A stretch of 64,000 bases of DNA from Escherichia coli (GCF_051903065.1 NZ_CP178438.1); one strand, 5' to 3'; positions 14,473 to 25,397 are shown, counted from the stretch's first letter. Made by a program: numbers and translations. Notes: generated from the letters alone by a model not told the origin.

Positions 14473-14992
14473 TCAGCAACCCCGGTATCAGTTCATCCAG
14501 CGCGGCTGCTTTGTTCATGGCTTTGATGATATCCCGTTTCAGGAAATCAACATGTCGGTTTTCCAGTTCCGGAAAACGCCGCTGCACCGACAGGGGGATC
14601 CCGTCGAGAATACTGGCAATTTCACCTGCGATCCGCGACAGCACGAAAGTACAGAATGCGGTTTCCACCACTTCAGCGGAGTCTCTGGCATTTTTCAGCT
14701 CCTGTGCGTCGGCCTGCGCACGCGTAAGTCGATGGCGTTCGTACTCAATAGTCCCTGGCTGGAGATCTGTCTCGCTGGCCTGCCGCAGTTCTTCAACTTC
14801 CCGGCGCAGCTTTTCGTTCTCAATTTCAGCATCCCTTTCGGCATACCATCTTATAACGGCGGCAGAGTCATAAAGCACCTCATTACCCTTGCCACCGCCT
14901 CGCAGAACGGGCATTCCCTGTTCCTGCCAGTTCTGAATGGTACGGATACTCGCACCGAAAATGTCAGCCAGCTGCTTTTTGTTGACTTCCAT
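14447..14992 (-). CDS. lambda-like terminase small subunit Nu1 (NohA-type)
   Basis: 181-aa ORF MEVNKKQLADIFGASIRTIQNWQEQGMPVLRGGGKGNEVLYDSAAV... Confidence 0.9.
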
Positions 14993-15215
14993 TGTTCATT
15001 CCACGGCCAAAAACAGAGAAAGGAAACGACAGAGGCCCAAAAGCTCGTTTTCAGCACCTGTCGTTTCCTTTCTTTTCAGAGGGTATTTTAAATAAAAACA
15101 TCAAGTTACGACGAAGAAGAACGGAAACGCCTTAAACCGGAAAATTTTCATAAATAGCGAAAACCCGCGAGGTCGCCGCCCCGTAACCTGTCGGATCGCC
15201 GGAAAGGACCCGCAA
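14993..15215 (-). other. lambda-type cos site (cosB, cosN and probable cosQ)
   Basis: Reverse complement reads ...CAGGTTACG GGGCGGCGACCT CGCGGGTTTTCGCTATTTATGAAAATTTTCCGGTTTAAGGCG...; 12-nt cohesive-end sequence at 15170-15181; matches lambda cos from memory. Confidence 0.8.
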
Positions 15216-15380
15216 AATGATAATAATTATCATCTGCATGTCACAACGTGCATCTACGCCATCAAACCACGTCAAATAATCAATTATGACGCAGATATCG
15301 TATTAATTGATCTGCATCAACTTAACGTAAAAACAACTTCAGACAATACAAATCAGCGACACTGAATACGGGACAACCTC

Positions 15381-15614
15381 ATGTCAACGAAGAACAGAAC
15401 CCGCAGAACAACAACCCGCAACATCCGCTTTCCTAACCAAATGATTGAACAAATTAACATCGCTCTTGAGCAAAAAGGGTCCGGGAATTTCTCAGCCTGG
15501 GTCATTGAAGCCTGCCGCCGGAGACTGTGCTCAGAAAAAAGAGTTTCTTCTGAAGCAAACAAAGAAAAGAGTGACATTACTGAATTGCTCAGAAAACAGG
15601 TCAGACCAGATTGA
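15381..15614 (+). CDS. ynfO: prophage small protein YnfO
   Basis: 77-aa ORF, position between cos and ydfO. Confidence 0.65.
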   Translation: MSTKNRTRRTTTRNIRFPNQMIEQINIALEQKGSGNFSAWVIEACRRRLCSEKRVSSEANKEKSDITELLRKQVRPD

Positions 15615-15656
15615 AGCAATTTAGATAATCGTGCAGACTACGCCCCCTCATATCAC

Positions 15657-16082
15657 ATGGAAGGTTTATCTATGGATCAGGTAGTCATTTTTAAACAAAT
15701 ATTTGATAAAGTTCGAAACGATTTAAACTATCAATGGTTTTATTCTGAGCTAAAACGTCACAATGTCTCACATTACATTTACTATTTAGCCACAGAGAAT
15801 GTTCATATTGTATTAAAAAATGATAATACAGTGTTATTAAAGGGCCTAAAAAACATTGTGTCTGTCAAATTTTCAAAGGATAGGCATCTTATAGAAACGA
15901 CCTCTAATAAGCTGAAATCCAGAGAGATCACATTTCAGGAATACAGAAGAAACCTTGCTAAAGCAGGAGTTTTTCGGTGGGTTACAAATATCCACGAACA
16001 AAAAAGATATTACTATACCTTTGATAATTCATTACTATTTACTGAAAGCATCCAGAAAACTACACAGATCTTACCACGCTAA
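15657..16082 (+). CDS. ydfO: prophage protein YdfO (DUF1398 family)
   Basis: 141-aa ORF; position as in K-12 Qin. Confidence 0.75.
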
Positions 16083-16233
16083 ACCATAACGTCCGGCTTC
16101 TCTCACTCCTGAGCCGGACTGCATTGGTTTAATAAAAACCATCAACAATTGTGATTTAGATATTCGGAACCATTCAAATATAACAAAACCCCGTAAAAAC
16201 GAGGTTTATGGATAAATTTTATTATTGAATACA

Positions 16234-16407
16234 TCAGATTAAATTAATCTTGACATCATAGCTTTCAAGACCCGTCATTTTTTCCCGTGCGGTAAACTGA
16301 ATACTGGTAACTTCTTTCCCGGTCTTTTTCTTAAGTTCAATAATTTTTTTTGTTATATATTCAGAAATATCTGCTTCTGCTTTTGTTTTTAAGTTTTCAA
16401 TATTCAT
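16234..16407 (-). CDS. gnsB: GnsB (suppressor of secG/fabA phenotypes), 57 aa
   Basis: Hand translation of minus strand: MNIENLKTKAEADISEYITKKIIELKKKTGKEVTSIQFTAREKMTGLESYDVKINLI; not in supplied ORF list (below length cut-off). Confidence 0.8.
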   Translation of the reverse strand: MNIENLKTKAEADISEYITKKIIELKKKTGKEVTSIQFTAREKMTGLESYDVKINLI

Positions 16408-16578
16408 CATTTCCTCTTTTAGTCTGTTATGACTTTCCAGTTACACAGTAAGTCGATTATATGGTGCAAACGTGTAAAAGATAAGATGAAACATCGCAAT
16501 AATCAACATACGATAGTCTAAATTTTACACAAACAGACAAAGAGAATTTTCCTGAATTATCAATGCAATAGCATCAAA

Positions 16579-16809
16579 TCAACTCAAGAGCCTTATTGCT
16601 GCTTCCAGAATTTCTTCTGAAGTAACATGTCGATCCGCGGCTACATAAATGACTTTATGATCTCCGGTCAGAGATGGAAACCCTGCGGCCATTACAGTAA
16701 GGTGTGTTTTTTCGCCATTTGGATATTCACGCATGATGGTGTTAACTCCAGTCATCGCTGGCACTACCACTGCTGGTTCAGAGTTAAAAAAAACTATGAT
16801 TTTTTTCAT
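16579..16809 (-). CDS. ynfN: prophage small protein YnfN
   Basis: ORF 16579-16851; likely start at MKKIIVFFNSEPAVVVP... Confidence 0.65.
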   Translation of the reverse strand: MKKIIVFFNSEPAVVVPAMTGVNTIMREYPNGEKTHLTVMAAGFPSLTGDHKVIYVAADRHVTSEEILEAAIRLLS

Positions 16810-17080
16810 GATGTTACCGTAGTATGTGAGTATCCATCGAATAGACACCAAGCAAAAAAGCTCCCGAAGGAGCCTTCATTTTCACTTTTTTAAATCCAAC
16901 GACAGACGGCTGGCATTTAAGTATTGTGAAATATTATCAAATGTAATCATCATTGATTTACAAAAGATACATTTTGCCCCGAAAGGATTCATGTCAGAAA
17001 CATCAAAAGATGATGTTCTATACTGGGAACCATGACAACACGGGCATCTAAAGTGAATATGGTTTGTAATATTGTCTACC

Positions 17081-17293
17081 TCAAAGCGCCACTACATGAA
17101 CAGCGGCAGGACCTTTAGGTCCGTTCTCAATACCAAATTCAACTTCCTGATTCTCAGTTAATGTTTTGAAATCGTTGCTCTGAATTGCTGAGAAATGGAC
17201 AAACACATCTTTGCTGCCATCTTTCGGCGTGATGAAACCAAAACCTTTTTCAGGGTTAAACCATTTCACTAAACCAGTCATTTTGTTAGACAT
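17081..17293 (-). CDS. cspI: cold shock protein CspI (CspA family)
   Basis: 70-aa [26 protein letters not shown]... cold-shock domain RNP motifs. Confidence 0.9.
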   Translation of the reverse strand: MSNKMTGLVKWFNPEKGFGFITPKDGSKDVFVHFSAIQSNDFKTLTENQEVEFGIENGPKGPAAVHVVAL

Positions 17294-17655
17294 AATTATT
17301 ACCTTTTGAAGAAATTAGCCCTTGGGCAGAATGGTCCGAAAAAAAATATCAGAGAGAAAAACCAACAAGGAAATCTCAAGAGGTACAAATAATAAAATTA
17401 TAACAATGACTGCTTCAGATAAATTTGTAACAAACCAGAACACCATTAACGCATGATTAACCACCCATAGCAAGGATTACTTTTGTAAAGAAAAACACAG
17501 CAATGAAAGAATAGCTTTATTTATTAATAAAACGTGTCATTCTGATTAAGACCTTTTATCTTACCCTTAAGATTTCAGGAATTTTGGCTCATGGAAGAGT
17601 CCTTTTTATTTAAATTTTACATTCCGCGATGTAAATGTTCCGATTTAATATTACC

Positions 17656-18679
<1,024 letters not shown>

Positions 18680-18683
<4 letters not shown>

Positions 18684-18991
18684 AGATATTTATGATGAGG
18701 ACGCTCGTGCTTATTGGCAGGATTTTCAATCTTAAAGGAGTACTGATGCTGCAGATAAGACTCAACTTTTTCTGACAATTTTTCTGCTACTTCCAGGAAG
18801 ACTTGCCGGACGCTCCTTCTGGCTGCTGCCTCATAAAACTCCAGCGCAGCTCCTTCAACACGGTCCATGGCGACATCCAGGTCAAAAATTTCACCGTCAA
18901 AGCGTTCTTTGTCCTGTAAGGCTACAGTTACCGTAACTTTATTCTCAAAATTACGGACTCCTTTCACAACCAGTTCATAGTCTTGAGTCAT
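18680..18991 (-). CDS. ydfR: prophage protein YdfR
   Basis: 103-aa ORF between holin and lysozyme genes. Confidence 0.7.
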
Positions 18992-18995
18992 TGGA

Positions 18996-19211
18996 TTACT
19001 CTCCTCTCGCAGCCTTACGCCTGTCTTCTTTAATCTTGAAATAAAGATTTGTCAGATACGTCAGCAGGCAAAAAACCAGGCTACCCAGCACACCGATTGC
19101 AGCCCACTGTGACGGAGTTACTTTATCGAGTAACTGCAATGCCCAGAAACCAGCATTACCCGCCGATGTGCCATAGGCAACACCTGTTGTTAACTTATCC
19201 ATTGATTTCAT
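18996..19211 (-). CDS. essQ: holin (S-like)
   Basis: ORF 18996-19286; likely start [28 protein letters not shown]... with TM segment. Confidence 0.75.
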   Translation of the reverse strand: MKSMDKLTTGVAYGTSAGNAGFWALQLLDKVTPSQWAAIGVLGSLVFCLLTYLTNLYFKIKEDRRKAARGE

Positions 19212-19429
19212 ATCCTCACCCCGATGTACACGGATGGTGCAATATGTTTGAAAAGATCGGAGTCTACGGGGTAGTTTTGACAGCACACGTTGTTCTCAAC
19301 GGCGCTAAAAAACATACACATTAAAAATGTGGGTAATTATTTTGAAAGAAAATCATATATAAAATAATAATACGAGAAATGTTTTCATATTTAGTGTACT
19401 GTATACGGCCATTTATACAGGAAATGCCT

Positions 19430-19600
19430 ATGTCAGAACGTAAAGACTCAAAATCACGCCGTAATTATCTCGTTAAATGTTCCTGCCCAAACTGCACCCA
19501 AGAGTCAGAACACAGTTTTTCAAGAGTACAAAAAGGTGCCCTTTTGATCTGCCCTCATTGCAACAAAGTATTCCAGACAAATCTTAAAGCTGTAGCCTGA
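19430..19600 (+). CDS. small zinc-ribbon protein (56 aa, CxxC...CxxC); possibly the K-12 small protein YnfU
   Basis: ATG at 19430 with AGGA upstream; MSERKDSKSRRNYLVKCSCPNCTQESEHSFSRVQKGALLICPHCNKVFQTNLKAVA. Confidence 0.55.
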   Translation: MSERKDSKSRRNYLVKCSCPNCTQESEHSFSRVQKGALLICPHCNKVFQTNLKAVA

Positions 19601-19963
19601 TTGATTTTATTAGTAACAAGTATTTTTTATATTTTAATAATATATTTAAAGCAGATAATAAAAAACCCGCCTGAGCGGGTTTGAGATTGTGGTGCTTTTT
19701 GTGGGAGTCATCCACTTACGCACTTTGTTTTGCGATGCCAGCAGTTAGCTTCTGCTGTGAAACTATTCATGCAGCAAACCTGCACTTCACCACAATGGTT
19801 AGCATACTTTTCCTGATTAAGATTTTGCCAAATATGCTGGCCATTGTTTCATGTATTGGACCTCCTTACTTTTTATTAAAGAGATCCAATATTCACTACT
19901 CTGTCCGTATCTCTACTCAGGCATCAGCCTTCTTCGTTATCGTATACAGACGAGCGATGAATT

Positions 19964-20179
19964 TTAATCAGTAATGATGACATTTACTGCTGCAGGACCT
20001 TTAGCACCACTCTCTATAGAGAAGGTAACCTTTTGACCTTCAAATAAGGTTCGATAATTATCATTCTGAATCGCAGAAAAATGCACAAACACATCTTTAC
20101 TACCATCAACAGGAGAAATAAAGCCGAAACCTTTATCAGCGTTAAACCATTTTACTAAACCAGTCATTTTATTTGACAT
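19964..20179 (-). CDS. cspB: cold shock protein CspB
   Basis: 71-aa [26 protein letters not shown]... Confidence 0.9.
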   Translation of the reverse strand: MSNKMTGLVKWFNADKGFGFISPVDGSKDVFVHFSAIQNDNYRTLFEGQKVTFSIESGAKGPAAVNVIITD

Positions 20180-20489
20180 TCTACATTCCTTAACTTGAGC
20201 CTTTCGGCATAAATGGTTTGCATAACAGAAACGACTTCGTACTTAATTGGAGAGACTCAAAGAAGGAATAAGTGAATAACACCTGAAATGAGAACTGCTT
20301 TAGTAAACTACTTCGTATATCGTCTGTTCTTCAAACCGACGCAGTCATTAACTCATAGTTGAACATATGAAGCAATGTTTATTTTAGACATCCAGCCACC
20401 TTCAATCCTATCAAAAAAGTAGTTTTCTCCAGGAACGTGTGTATGGTGCACCAGGTTATCAGTATTAAGGAGTTTTTCTGTCCCCTAAA

Positions 20490-20690
20490 ATGACAGGAAT
20501 TGTCAAAAACTTTGACGGCAAAAGCGGCAAGGGTCTTATCACCCCATCCGATGGTCGTATCGATGTCCAGCTTCATGTTTCAGCGCTCAATCTCCGCGAT
20601 GCAGAAGAAATTACCACCGGATTACGCGTGGAATTTTACCGGATAAATGGTCTGCGTGGCCCTTCAGCTGCCAATGTTTACCTTTCATGA
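20490..20690 (+). CDS. cspF: cold shock protein CspF (start may lie slightly upstream at a non-ATG codon)
   Basis: 66-aa [39 protein letters not shown]... Confidence 0.8.
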   Translation: MTGIVKNFDGKSGKGLITPSDGRIDVQLHVSALNLRDAEEITTGLRVEFYRINGLRGPSAANVYLS

Positions 20691-20744
20691 GCTATATTAA
20701 AGCTTTAATTTCAGGCCCCATCGGATCACACATGGAGAGTTTTT

Positions 20745-20834
20745 ATGAATAACCCCGTCTGTCTTGATGACTGGTTGATTGGCTTTAAAATCTTATGCTG
20801 TACTTTGGCCGTAATAGCTCTGCTAATAATATAA
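20745..20834 (+). CDS. possible tiny hydrophobic protein (29 aa)
   Basis: GGAGAG 6 nt upstream of ATG; [29 protein letters not shown]. Confidence 0.3.
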   Translation: MNNPVCLDDWLIGFKILCCTLAVIALLII

Positions 20835-20983
20835 TAAGCAGACTCATTGTGTTTAGGGACATTGTACTGGAAGAAAACATTTTAAACATCAGGCAAATAA
20901 CCAAGTCACCAGCTAAATAATAAGTTAACAGACATGAGTCCCGGGATGAGATTCAACATTACCATTGCCCCATTTAAAGCACA

Positions 20984-21015
20984 AAACCCGCTCATCAGCG
21001 GGTTTTCTACTTTTT
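20984..21015. terminator. bidirectional hairpin terminator between cspF and quuQ
   Basis: AAAACCCGCTCATCAGCGGGTTTT stem-loop flanked by T/A runs on both strands. Confidence 0.6.
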
Positions 21016-21111
21016 CTTAACGTCGGGTATACAAAGCCCATCGTTGAAAAAATTTTATCCATATTTTTTGAAAAATGCAAACATCATGTCGCCATCTTCA
21101 GCAAAAATCAT

Positions 21112-21864
21112 TTATCTCGTCACCTTCCTCAATTGCGCTTCCGCGTATGCTTCTTCCTGCCAGCACTTTGTTACCAGTTTACCAATGACGTCCGCATACC
21201 CCTTATACCACTGATAATCGGTCAGGTCTGGTACCAGCTTCTGGACATGACGTCGTGCCAGCGTGGTCGGTAAACGACTAAACCGGTTTCCATTACAACG
21301 CCCACAAATCTTATATACCGGTACGCCATGAAACCGGGTTCTTTTTTCATCCAGAACAATCCCTTTACCCTTACACCCTCTGCACGCTGTGCTGGCTTCG
21401 CCCTTACCATGGCAATGCTGACATAGTTCCTTCACCCATTCTTCCTTGATTACAGATTCCCCGCGTCTGTAGTGTTTCACCACTTCGCGCAATACATTAT
21501 AAAATCCCGTACCTGAACAATGCTCACAGCGAGCCTTACTTGCCGCAGACCTGGAGTAATCAGCAAAGGCAAAACTCACGAGGTAAGGAATAATCTGTAA
21601 CCGGATTTCTTCACTCAATTTGTTCAATGTCGGGTTATCCAGTGCCATCGCGTAATTTAGCAGGCCTTCAATCGCAAACTGAGGGTCCTGAACACCAACT
21701 TTTGCCAGAAATAAGGCCAACCCAAGTGGTGCTTTCGACTGCACCATCCCCTGCGCTGCCATTACATCCGTAATTGTTAAACAACCGGTGCCTGTCGCTG
21801 GAGCGTCATCGCTCAATTTTGGAGATTTTGGGGAGTAATATTTTGGTAAGGCTTCAAGGTTCAT
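21112..21864 (-). CDS. quuQ: lambdoid late-gene antiterminator Q-like
   Basis: ORF 21112-21894; Cys-rich zinc-binding motifs (CxxC); upstream of lysis cassette. Confidence 0.8.
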   Translation of the reverse strand: MNLEALPKYYSPKSPKLSDDAPATGTGCLTITDVMAAQGMVQSKAPLGLALFLAKVGVQDPQFAIEGLLNYAMALDNPTLNKLSEEIRLQIIPYLVSFAFADYSRSAASKARCEHCSGTGFYNVLREVVKHYRRGESVIKEEWVKELCQHCHGKGEASTACRGCKGKGIVLDEKRTRFHGVPVYKICGRCNGNRFSRLPTTLARRHVQKLVPDLTDYQWYKGYADVIGKLVTKCWQEEAYAEAQLRKVTR

Positions 21865-21877
21865 GCTCGTTCTCCAC

Positions 21878-22966
21878 TTACGCCAGTACGCCAATTGCCA
21901 GCGCGCGATCGATAAAACGAAATATCAGCTCCAGTTGGGAGCCATACTTATCTTCAAATGCCACTGTATCCGTATGCAGCTCGTTGTGATGCTTTCTGCA
22001 CAAAGGCAACACAAAGAGATCATGTGCTTTTGTTCCCATTCCGCCCTGCCCGTGACCAATCAGATGATGCGGATCGTCGGCTGGCATACCGCAGCAAGCA
22101 CACGGCTGTGTCTTAACCCAACGTGTGTATTTCTCCTTAACCCAGCGGCGACGTTTAGGCAGCTTCATGAAAGATTCCGGAGACTCTGGATCAACGGTGA
22201 TGCTTACCACCGTCTTTTCCTGTGGTGATTTTTGTTGCTGGTGGGCGTAAGGCAACGGTGCAAGATTTTTTGTGCGTTGTTTCAATATGCTGGTGGCGGT
22301 CTGCTCTCCCGGTACGATGTCGCTTTCGCGGTACACCGAGCAGATTTTTTCCGCTGGTAATCCCAGCGAACGACGCGATACAGCCTCAGGTAGTGCATCC
22401 ACCACCTGATTGCAGACCGCCCACCAGGATAATTCAGCCAAAGATAATTCCCGCTCCTGCGTACCGCTTATTGCGTGACGGATGACGTCAATCACCCATG
22501 CTGTCAGATTTTGTTGAGCAAGCAGCTCCAGTGATTCCGATGTCTGGTCACGCAGTTGGTTGTCGCAGTGCCAGCACAACACCATTGCGCCGGTACCATA
22601 ACGGTGAATGACTGTTTCAGTGTGATGGTAATCGCCATTAGGCCACTGGCAGGATGTAACATGACGTAATAGCCAGTCGGACAATGCGCCAACGCCGCCA
22701 GCAGCACGAATCACCCGTTCGTTACTAAAAAACGGCAGCAATGTTTTGTCTTCCGCCAGCGGCTGGCGAACGGCAGGAACGACTCCGGATGGCAGATTAC
22801 GCATGCTTTTTGGTTCCGGTTCCACCAGCACTCGAGGATTATGAAATATCTGTATGGATTCACGGCCCGGCTTAAGGACCACCAGCCCAAGCTCAGGCAC
22901 CAGAACAGGTCTAAGTAATACCCGCACGTTACCTCCAGATCCGTTGCTGGAAAGTGCGGGACGCAC
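21878..22966 (-). CDS. ydfU: prophage protein YdfU with C-terminal HNH-type motif
   Basis: 362-aa ORF; C-terminal CACCGMPADDPHHLIGHGQGGMGTKAHD...CRKHHNELH. Confidence 0.75.
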   Translation of the reverse strand: MRPALSSNGSGGNVRVLLRPVLVPELGLVVLKPGRESIQIFHNPRVLVEPEPKSMRNLPSGVVPAVRQPLAEDKTLLPFFSNERVIRAAGGVGALSDWLLRHVTSCQWPNGDYHHTETVIHRYGTGAMVLCWHCDNQLRDQTSESLELLAQQNLTAWVIDVIRHAISGTQERELSLAELSWWAVCNQVVDALPEAVSRRSLGLPAEKICSVYRESDIVPGEQTATSILKQRTKNLAPLPYAHQQQKSPQEKTVVSITVDPESPESFMKLPKRRRWVKEKYTRWVKTQPCACCGMPADDPHHLIGHGQGGMGTKAHDLFVLPLCRKHHNELHTDTVAFEDKYGSQLELIFRFIDRALAIGVLA

Positions 22967-23207
22967 GTGGTGGGCGTTCGGAATAAGGCAGCCTGACAGA
23001 GATTATCCAGTGCCGATAGTCGAGACTGAGAGCTTTCTTAACCTCGAACCCGCGCCTGCGGTAAGAATGAATCAGCCATTCGGCCTGTTCTGCAGTGCAT
23101 GGAGGGTGCTGGAACCATTCAGACTTGAATGCGTGAGAATACCGCCCGTGCGTGCAGGCAAGAACGGGCGAATTATCAGAATTGTAATATTTTGCGTTGC
23201 GTGCCAT
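22929..23207 (-). CDS. hypothetical prophage protein (92 aa)
   Basis: ORF with protein-like composition overlapping predicted ydfU start by ~38 nt; no family assigned. Confidence 0.4.
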   Translation of the reverse strand: MARNAKYYNSDNSPVLACTHGRYSHAFKSEWFQHPPCTAEQAEWLIHSYRRRGFEVKKALSLDYRHWIISVRLPYSERPPRASRTFQQRIWR

Positions 23208-23273
23208 CGGTTTTCTCCGGTGGCACGGTGTTACTCAGCGGGAGTTCAGCCCCGCGCAAGATTGTAGATGAGT

Positions 23274-23525
23274 TTATTCTCCTGAAAAAGCAGAAAAGCC
23301 AGCTTTTATTCCGATCTCTTTCAATGCCTGTAATGAAGTGACAAACTCACCTTCGCGCAAGATAAATCCGTCCGTGACCCGAGCATCCACAAAATTAATT
23401 AACGCAGCCCCATTCTTTCGCAAACACATAATGCGGTAATGACTAACAAGATTTCCATTTTCAACGCACACAGCATAGAGGCCATCTTCACAAAAAATTT
23501 TACGCAGTTCTTCGATGTTCATCAT
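23274..23525 (-). CDS. rem: prophage protein Rem
   Basis: 83-aa ORF MMNIEELRKIFCEDGLYAVCVENGN... Confidence 0.8.
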   Translation of the reverse strand: MMNIEELRKIFCEDGLYAVCVENGNLVSHYRIMCLRKNGAALINFVDARVTDGFILREGEFVTSLQALKEIGIKAGFSAFSGE

Positions 23526-23640
23526 CAGAATCCTTCCGGATAATTAGCTCTCCCCTTTAAGGGACCATCCCTCTTATCCCTGCGCGCTACTTAAGTATTT
23601 TTGATTCTATTCCGGCACCGTCCAGAACTTCAAACGCGTT

Positions 23641-23673
23641 GAAAATAAAAACAAAAACCCGCCGAAGCGGGTT
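23641..23673 (-). terminator. Rho-independent terminator downstream of relBE-hokD
   Basis: Stem AACCCGCTTCGGCGGGTT followed by T-rich run on minus strand. Confidence 0.65.
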
Positions 23674-23741
23674 AAGTGCGGGTGCGTTGAGGATGCCTGC
23701 CACATCAGAGGTGGCGAGGGATTTCTCCCCCGCCGGGTCTC

Positions 23742-23897
23742 TTACTCCTCAGGTTCGTAAGCTGTGAAGACAGCGACCTCCGTCTGGCCGGTTCGGATTC
23801 GTACCTCGCAGAGGTCTTTCCTCGTTACCAGTGCCGTCACTATGACGGTTAAACAGATGACGATCAGGGCGATTAACATCGCCTTTTGCTGCTTCAT
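23742..23897 (-). CDS. hokD: Hok-family small membrane toxin (RelF)
   Basis: Hand translation: MKQQKAMLIALIVICLTVIVTALVTRKDLCEVRIRTGQTEVAVFTAYEPEE (51 aa); not in supplied ORF list. Confidence 0.85.
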   Translation of the reverse strand: MKQQKAMLIALIVICLTVIVTALVTRKDLCEVRIRTGQTEVAVFTAYEPEE

Positions 23898-23968
23898 AGC
23901 CTGCTTCTCCTGTCAACGCAAAGCAGAAGTGTCACCTTCGGTGCGAAACAGAGATGTCATGCTTTGGT

Positions 23969-24256
23969 TCAGAGAATGCGTTTGACCGCCTCGCTATATA
24001 CTTCCGAGCGTTCTCTTTTCCCAACAGAAATCACGAAAACGACAACTTTCTCGTCTATAACCTGGTATACAAGGCGATAGCCTGAAGACCGGAGCTTAAT
24101 CTTGTAACAATCAGGCATACCACGGAGCTTGTTTGCTTCAATCCGGGGTGACTCAAGTACTTCAACCAGCTTCTTTTTCAACTGTTCACGTACCGTCGAG
24201 CCCAGCTTTCGCCATTCCTTTAGTGCCCGCTCGTCAAAATCCAGAAAATACGCCAT
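23969..24256 (-). CDS. relE: RelE mRNA interferase toxin
   Basis: 95-aa ORF MAYFLDFDERALKEWRKLGSTVREQLKKKL... Confidence 0.9.
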   Translation of the reverse strand: MAYFLDFDERALKEWRKLGSTVREQLKKKLVEVLESPRIEANKLRGMPDCYKIKLRSSGYRLVYQVIDEKVVVFVISVGKRERSEVYSEAVKRIL

Positions 24257-24495
24257 CAGAGTTCATCCAGCGTCACACGTACTGGCTTAGGATTACGAAG
24301 CCGTTCTTTCACTATCTCCACAAGTTCAGCATCTTCATCACTCAGGAGTGTCTGTTTGAACGGCAAGCGTTCATTGTCAGCGATATACTCGAGCATGAGA
24401 CGAAGCGCTTCAGAAGGAGTTACACCCATTTTTTCAAGCGCGGCGTAAGAACGCGCTTTAAGTTCATCGTCAATACGCAGGTTAATGCTACCCAT
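24256..24495 (-). CDS. relB: RelB antitoxin
   Basis: 79-aa ORF MGSINLRIDDELKARSYA...; overlaps relE start. Confidence 0.9.
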   Translation of the reverse strand: MGSINLRIDDELKARSYAALEKMGVTPSEALRLMLEYIADNERLPFKQTLLSDEDAELVEIVKERLRNPKPVRVTLDEL

Positions 24496-24504
24496 GTCTT
24501 ACAC

Positions 24505-24535
24505 CTCTTGTAATTACAAATGTCATTACAAGTAT
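24505..24535. promoter_or_regulatory. relBE operator-like inverted repeats
   Basis: CTTGTAATTACAAATGTCATTACAAG: palindromic TTGTAAT/ATTACAA elements just upstream of relB. Confidence 0.55.
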
Positions 24536-24825
24536 CGCACTACAACATGCTTAGGGCAAGTCACGAAGGAAGTCAGAAAGTAGTCGTAAGAACGGTGATC
24601 ACTGTCCGCTTTGTGCCAGGAGCAGCCATTGCTAAGTCCATCCTGTATTGTGCAGGTCAGCTCGTTTTTAAAGAGTCCGGCCATCATCTTACTGGTACAG
24701 ACACCATATACTTTGTGACGGTCAGGCTACATATGCACAACTCAACTTATTCATCTATTTTTTGCTTTAGCATGTCAGTGTTGCTTTCTCGTCGGCGGGT
24801 GAGCGGTGACCTGACCTGTCGATAA
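24520..24825 (+). CDS. ydfV: prophage protein YdfV
   Basis: 101-aa ORF divergent from relB. Confidence 0.6.
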   Translation: MSLQVSHYNMLRASHEGSQKVVVRTVITVRFVPGAAIAKSILYCAGQLVFKESGHHLTGTDTIYFVTVRLHMHNSTYSSIFCFSMSVLLSRRRVSGDLTCR

Positions 24826-24977
24826 AGGAACGTAACACGTTTTATGCAACACCCGCATGCGGCAGAAAATTATTGCCGAACGTTTACCCCTGTCAACAAG
24901 CTTTACTTTCTGAGGCGCGCCAGCCCGCGAGGAAAACAATCTGAACATCAAACAATTAATGACACAAGAAATACGAT

Positions 24978-25004
24978 TAAAGATTTTTTTGTACATGCCG
25001 ATAG
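24978..25004 (+). promoter_or_regulatory. sigma-28 (FliA) type promoter upstream of flxA
   Basis: TAAAGATT-N11-GCCGATAG versus consensus TAAAGTTT-N11-GCCGATAA, 24 bp upstream of flxA ATG. Confidence 0.7.
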
Positions 25005-25027
25005 TGCTTTTTTAAAAGGAGAAATCT

Positions 25028-25360
25028 ATGTCTGTCACAATTCAGGGAAATACCTCAACCGTTATTTCAAACAACTCCGCCCCGGAAGGAACATCAGAAA
25101 TAGCCAAAATCACAAGACAAATTCAGGTGCTGACTGAAAAGCTTGGGAAAATCTCATCGGAAGAGGGGATGACGACACAGCAGAAAAAAGAAATGGCTGC
25201 ATTGGTACAGAAGCAAATTGAAAGCCTCTGGGCTCAACTGGAGCAGTTGTTAAGGCAGCAGGCAGAGAAAAAGAATGAAGACGCGACAGTTCAGCCTGAT
25301 AAAAAAGAAGAGAAAAAAGACGATACAAATACCGCTGGCACCATTGATATTTACGTCTAA
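25028..25360 (+). CDS. flxA: FliA-regulated protein FlxA
   Basis: 110-aa ORF MSVTIQGNTSTVISNNSAPEGTSEIAKITRQIQ... Confidence 0.85.
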   Translation: MSVTIQGNTSTVISNNSAPEGTSEIAKITRQIQVLTEKLGKISSEEGMTTQQKKEMAALVQKQIESLWAQLEQLLRQQAEKKNEDATVQPDKKEEKKDDTNTAGTIDIYV

Positions 25361-25374
25361 GTGACAGCCGTATT

Positions 25375-25397
25375 GTGGCCCTCATCGGGCCACTTTT
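25375..25397 (+). terminator. Rho-independent terminator after flxA
   Basis: GTGGCCC-TCATC-GGGCCAC followed by TTTT. Confidence 0.7.
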
